Virus record (IMG/VR): IMGVR_UViG_3300012347_000071
Coordinates: 1 to 34,302 of that record
From: a virus
Taxonomy: Duplodnaviria > Caudoviricetes
Length of the DNA stretch: 34,302 nucleotides
Reading direction: 5' to 3' (one strand)
Positions 34,183 to 34,302 of this stretch are shown here, piece after piece. Position numbers and translations under genes: made by a program. Position 1 is the first letter of the stretch. Each line of letters opens with the position of its first letter. The notes below the pieces were generated by a model. The model was not told the DNA's origin and searched no databases. It was given only the letters and a program-made list of their open reading frames with translations.

Positions 34183-34302
34183 TAAGTGTTTCCTTTATTT
34201 GGTTGTACCTGTCGATGCAGGAGTTGAGTTCGATGATGGCCCTGTCTCCTTCGGCGACGAGCCTGATAAGGTCTTCAACAGTCTGTCCGTCAAGTTCGGC
34301 TC
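34169..34302 (-). CDS. Rz: Rz-like i-spanin, 3' part
   Basis: In-frame continuation ...GDRAIIELNSCIDRYNQIKETLNGTR-stop at 34169-34171. Confidence 0.85.
   Translation of the reverse strand, partial: AELDGQTVEDLIRLVAEGDRAIIELNSCIDRYNQIKETLNGTR
34195..34302 (-). CDS. Rz1: Rz1-like o-spanin, 3' part
   Basis: Continuation ...ETGPSSNSTPASTGTTK-stop at 34195-34197. Confidence 0.7.
   Translation of the reverse strand, partial: EPNLTDRLLKTLSGSSPKETGPSSNSTPASTGTTK
34248..34302. repeat. Terminal direct repeat (circular assembly overlap), copy 2
   Basis: Identical to 1-55. Confidence 0.97.

Overview
The window is a complete, circularly assembled ~34,247-bp tailed-phage genome (bases 1-55 repeat exactly at 34248-34302). 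It has a podovirus-type virion module (T7/BPP-1/HTVC010P-like: terminase, portal, scaffold, major capsid, tail tubular A/B, internal virion proteins, tail fibres), a GH19 endolysin with Rz/Rz1 spanins, a YqaJ exonuclease + ERF recombination pair, RusA, an SSB-like protein and an HTH replication-initiator-like protein. I recognise no RNA polymerase, DNA polymerase, helicase, primase or integrase. The most unusual features are: (i) a ~2.3-kb putative early island (25100-27420) rich in palindromic restriction-type sites (CAGCTG, CTGCAG) that I did not find elsewhere in the genome, carrying a GP88-like Cys-rich enzyme and a KorA/ArdK-like HTH; (ii) several densely structured candidate non-coding RNAs between scaffold and capsid genes and next to a G-rich putative origin/terminus; (iii) a 21-bp palindromic operator present four times; (iv) a second spanin-like gene pair in the lysis module. 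All motif counts are manual and all family assignments come from motif recognition, not database searches.
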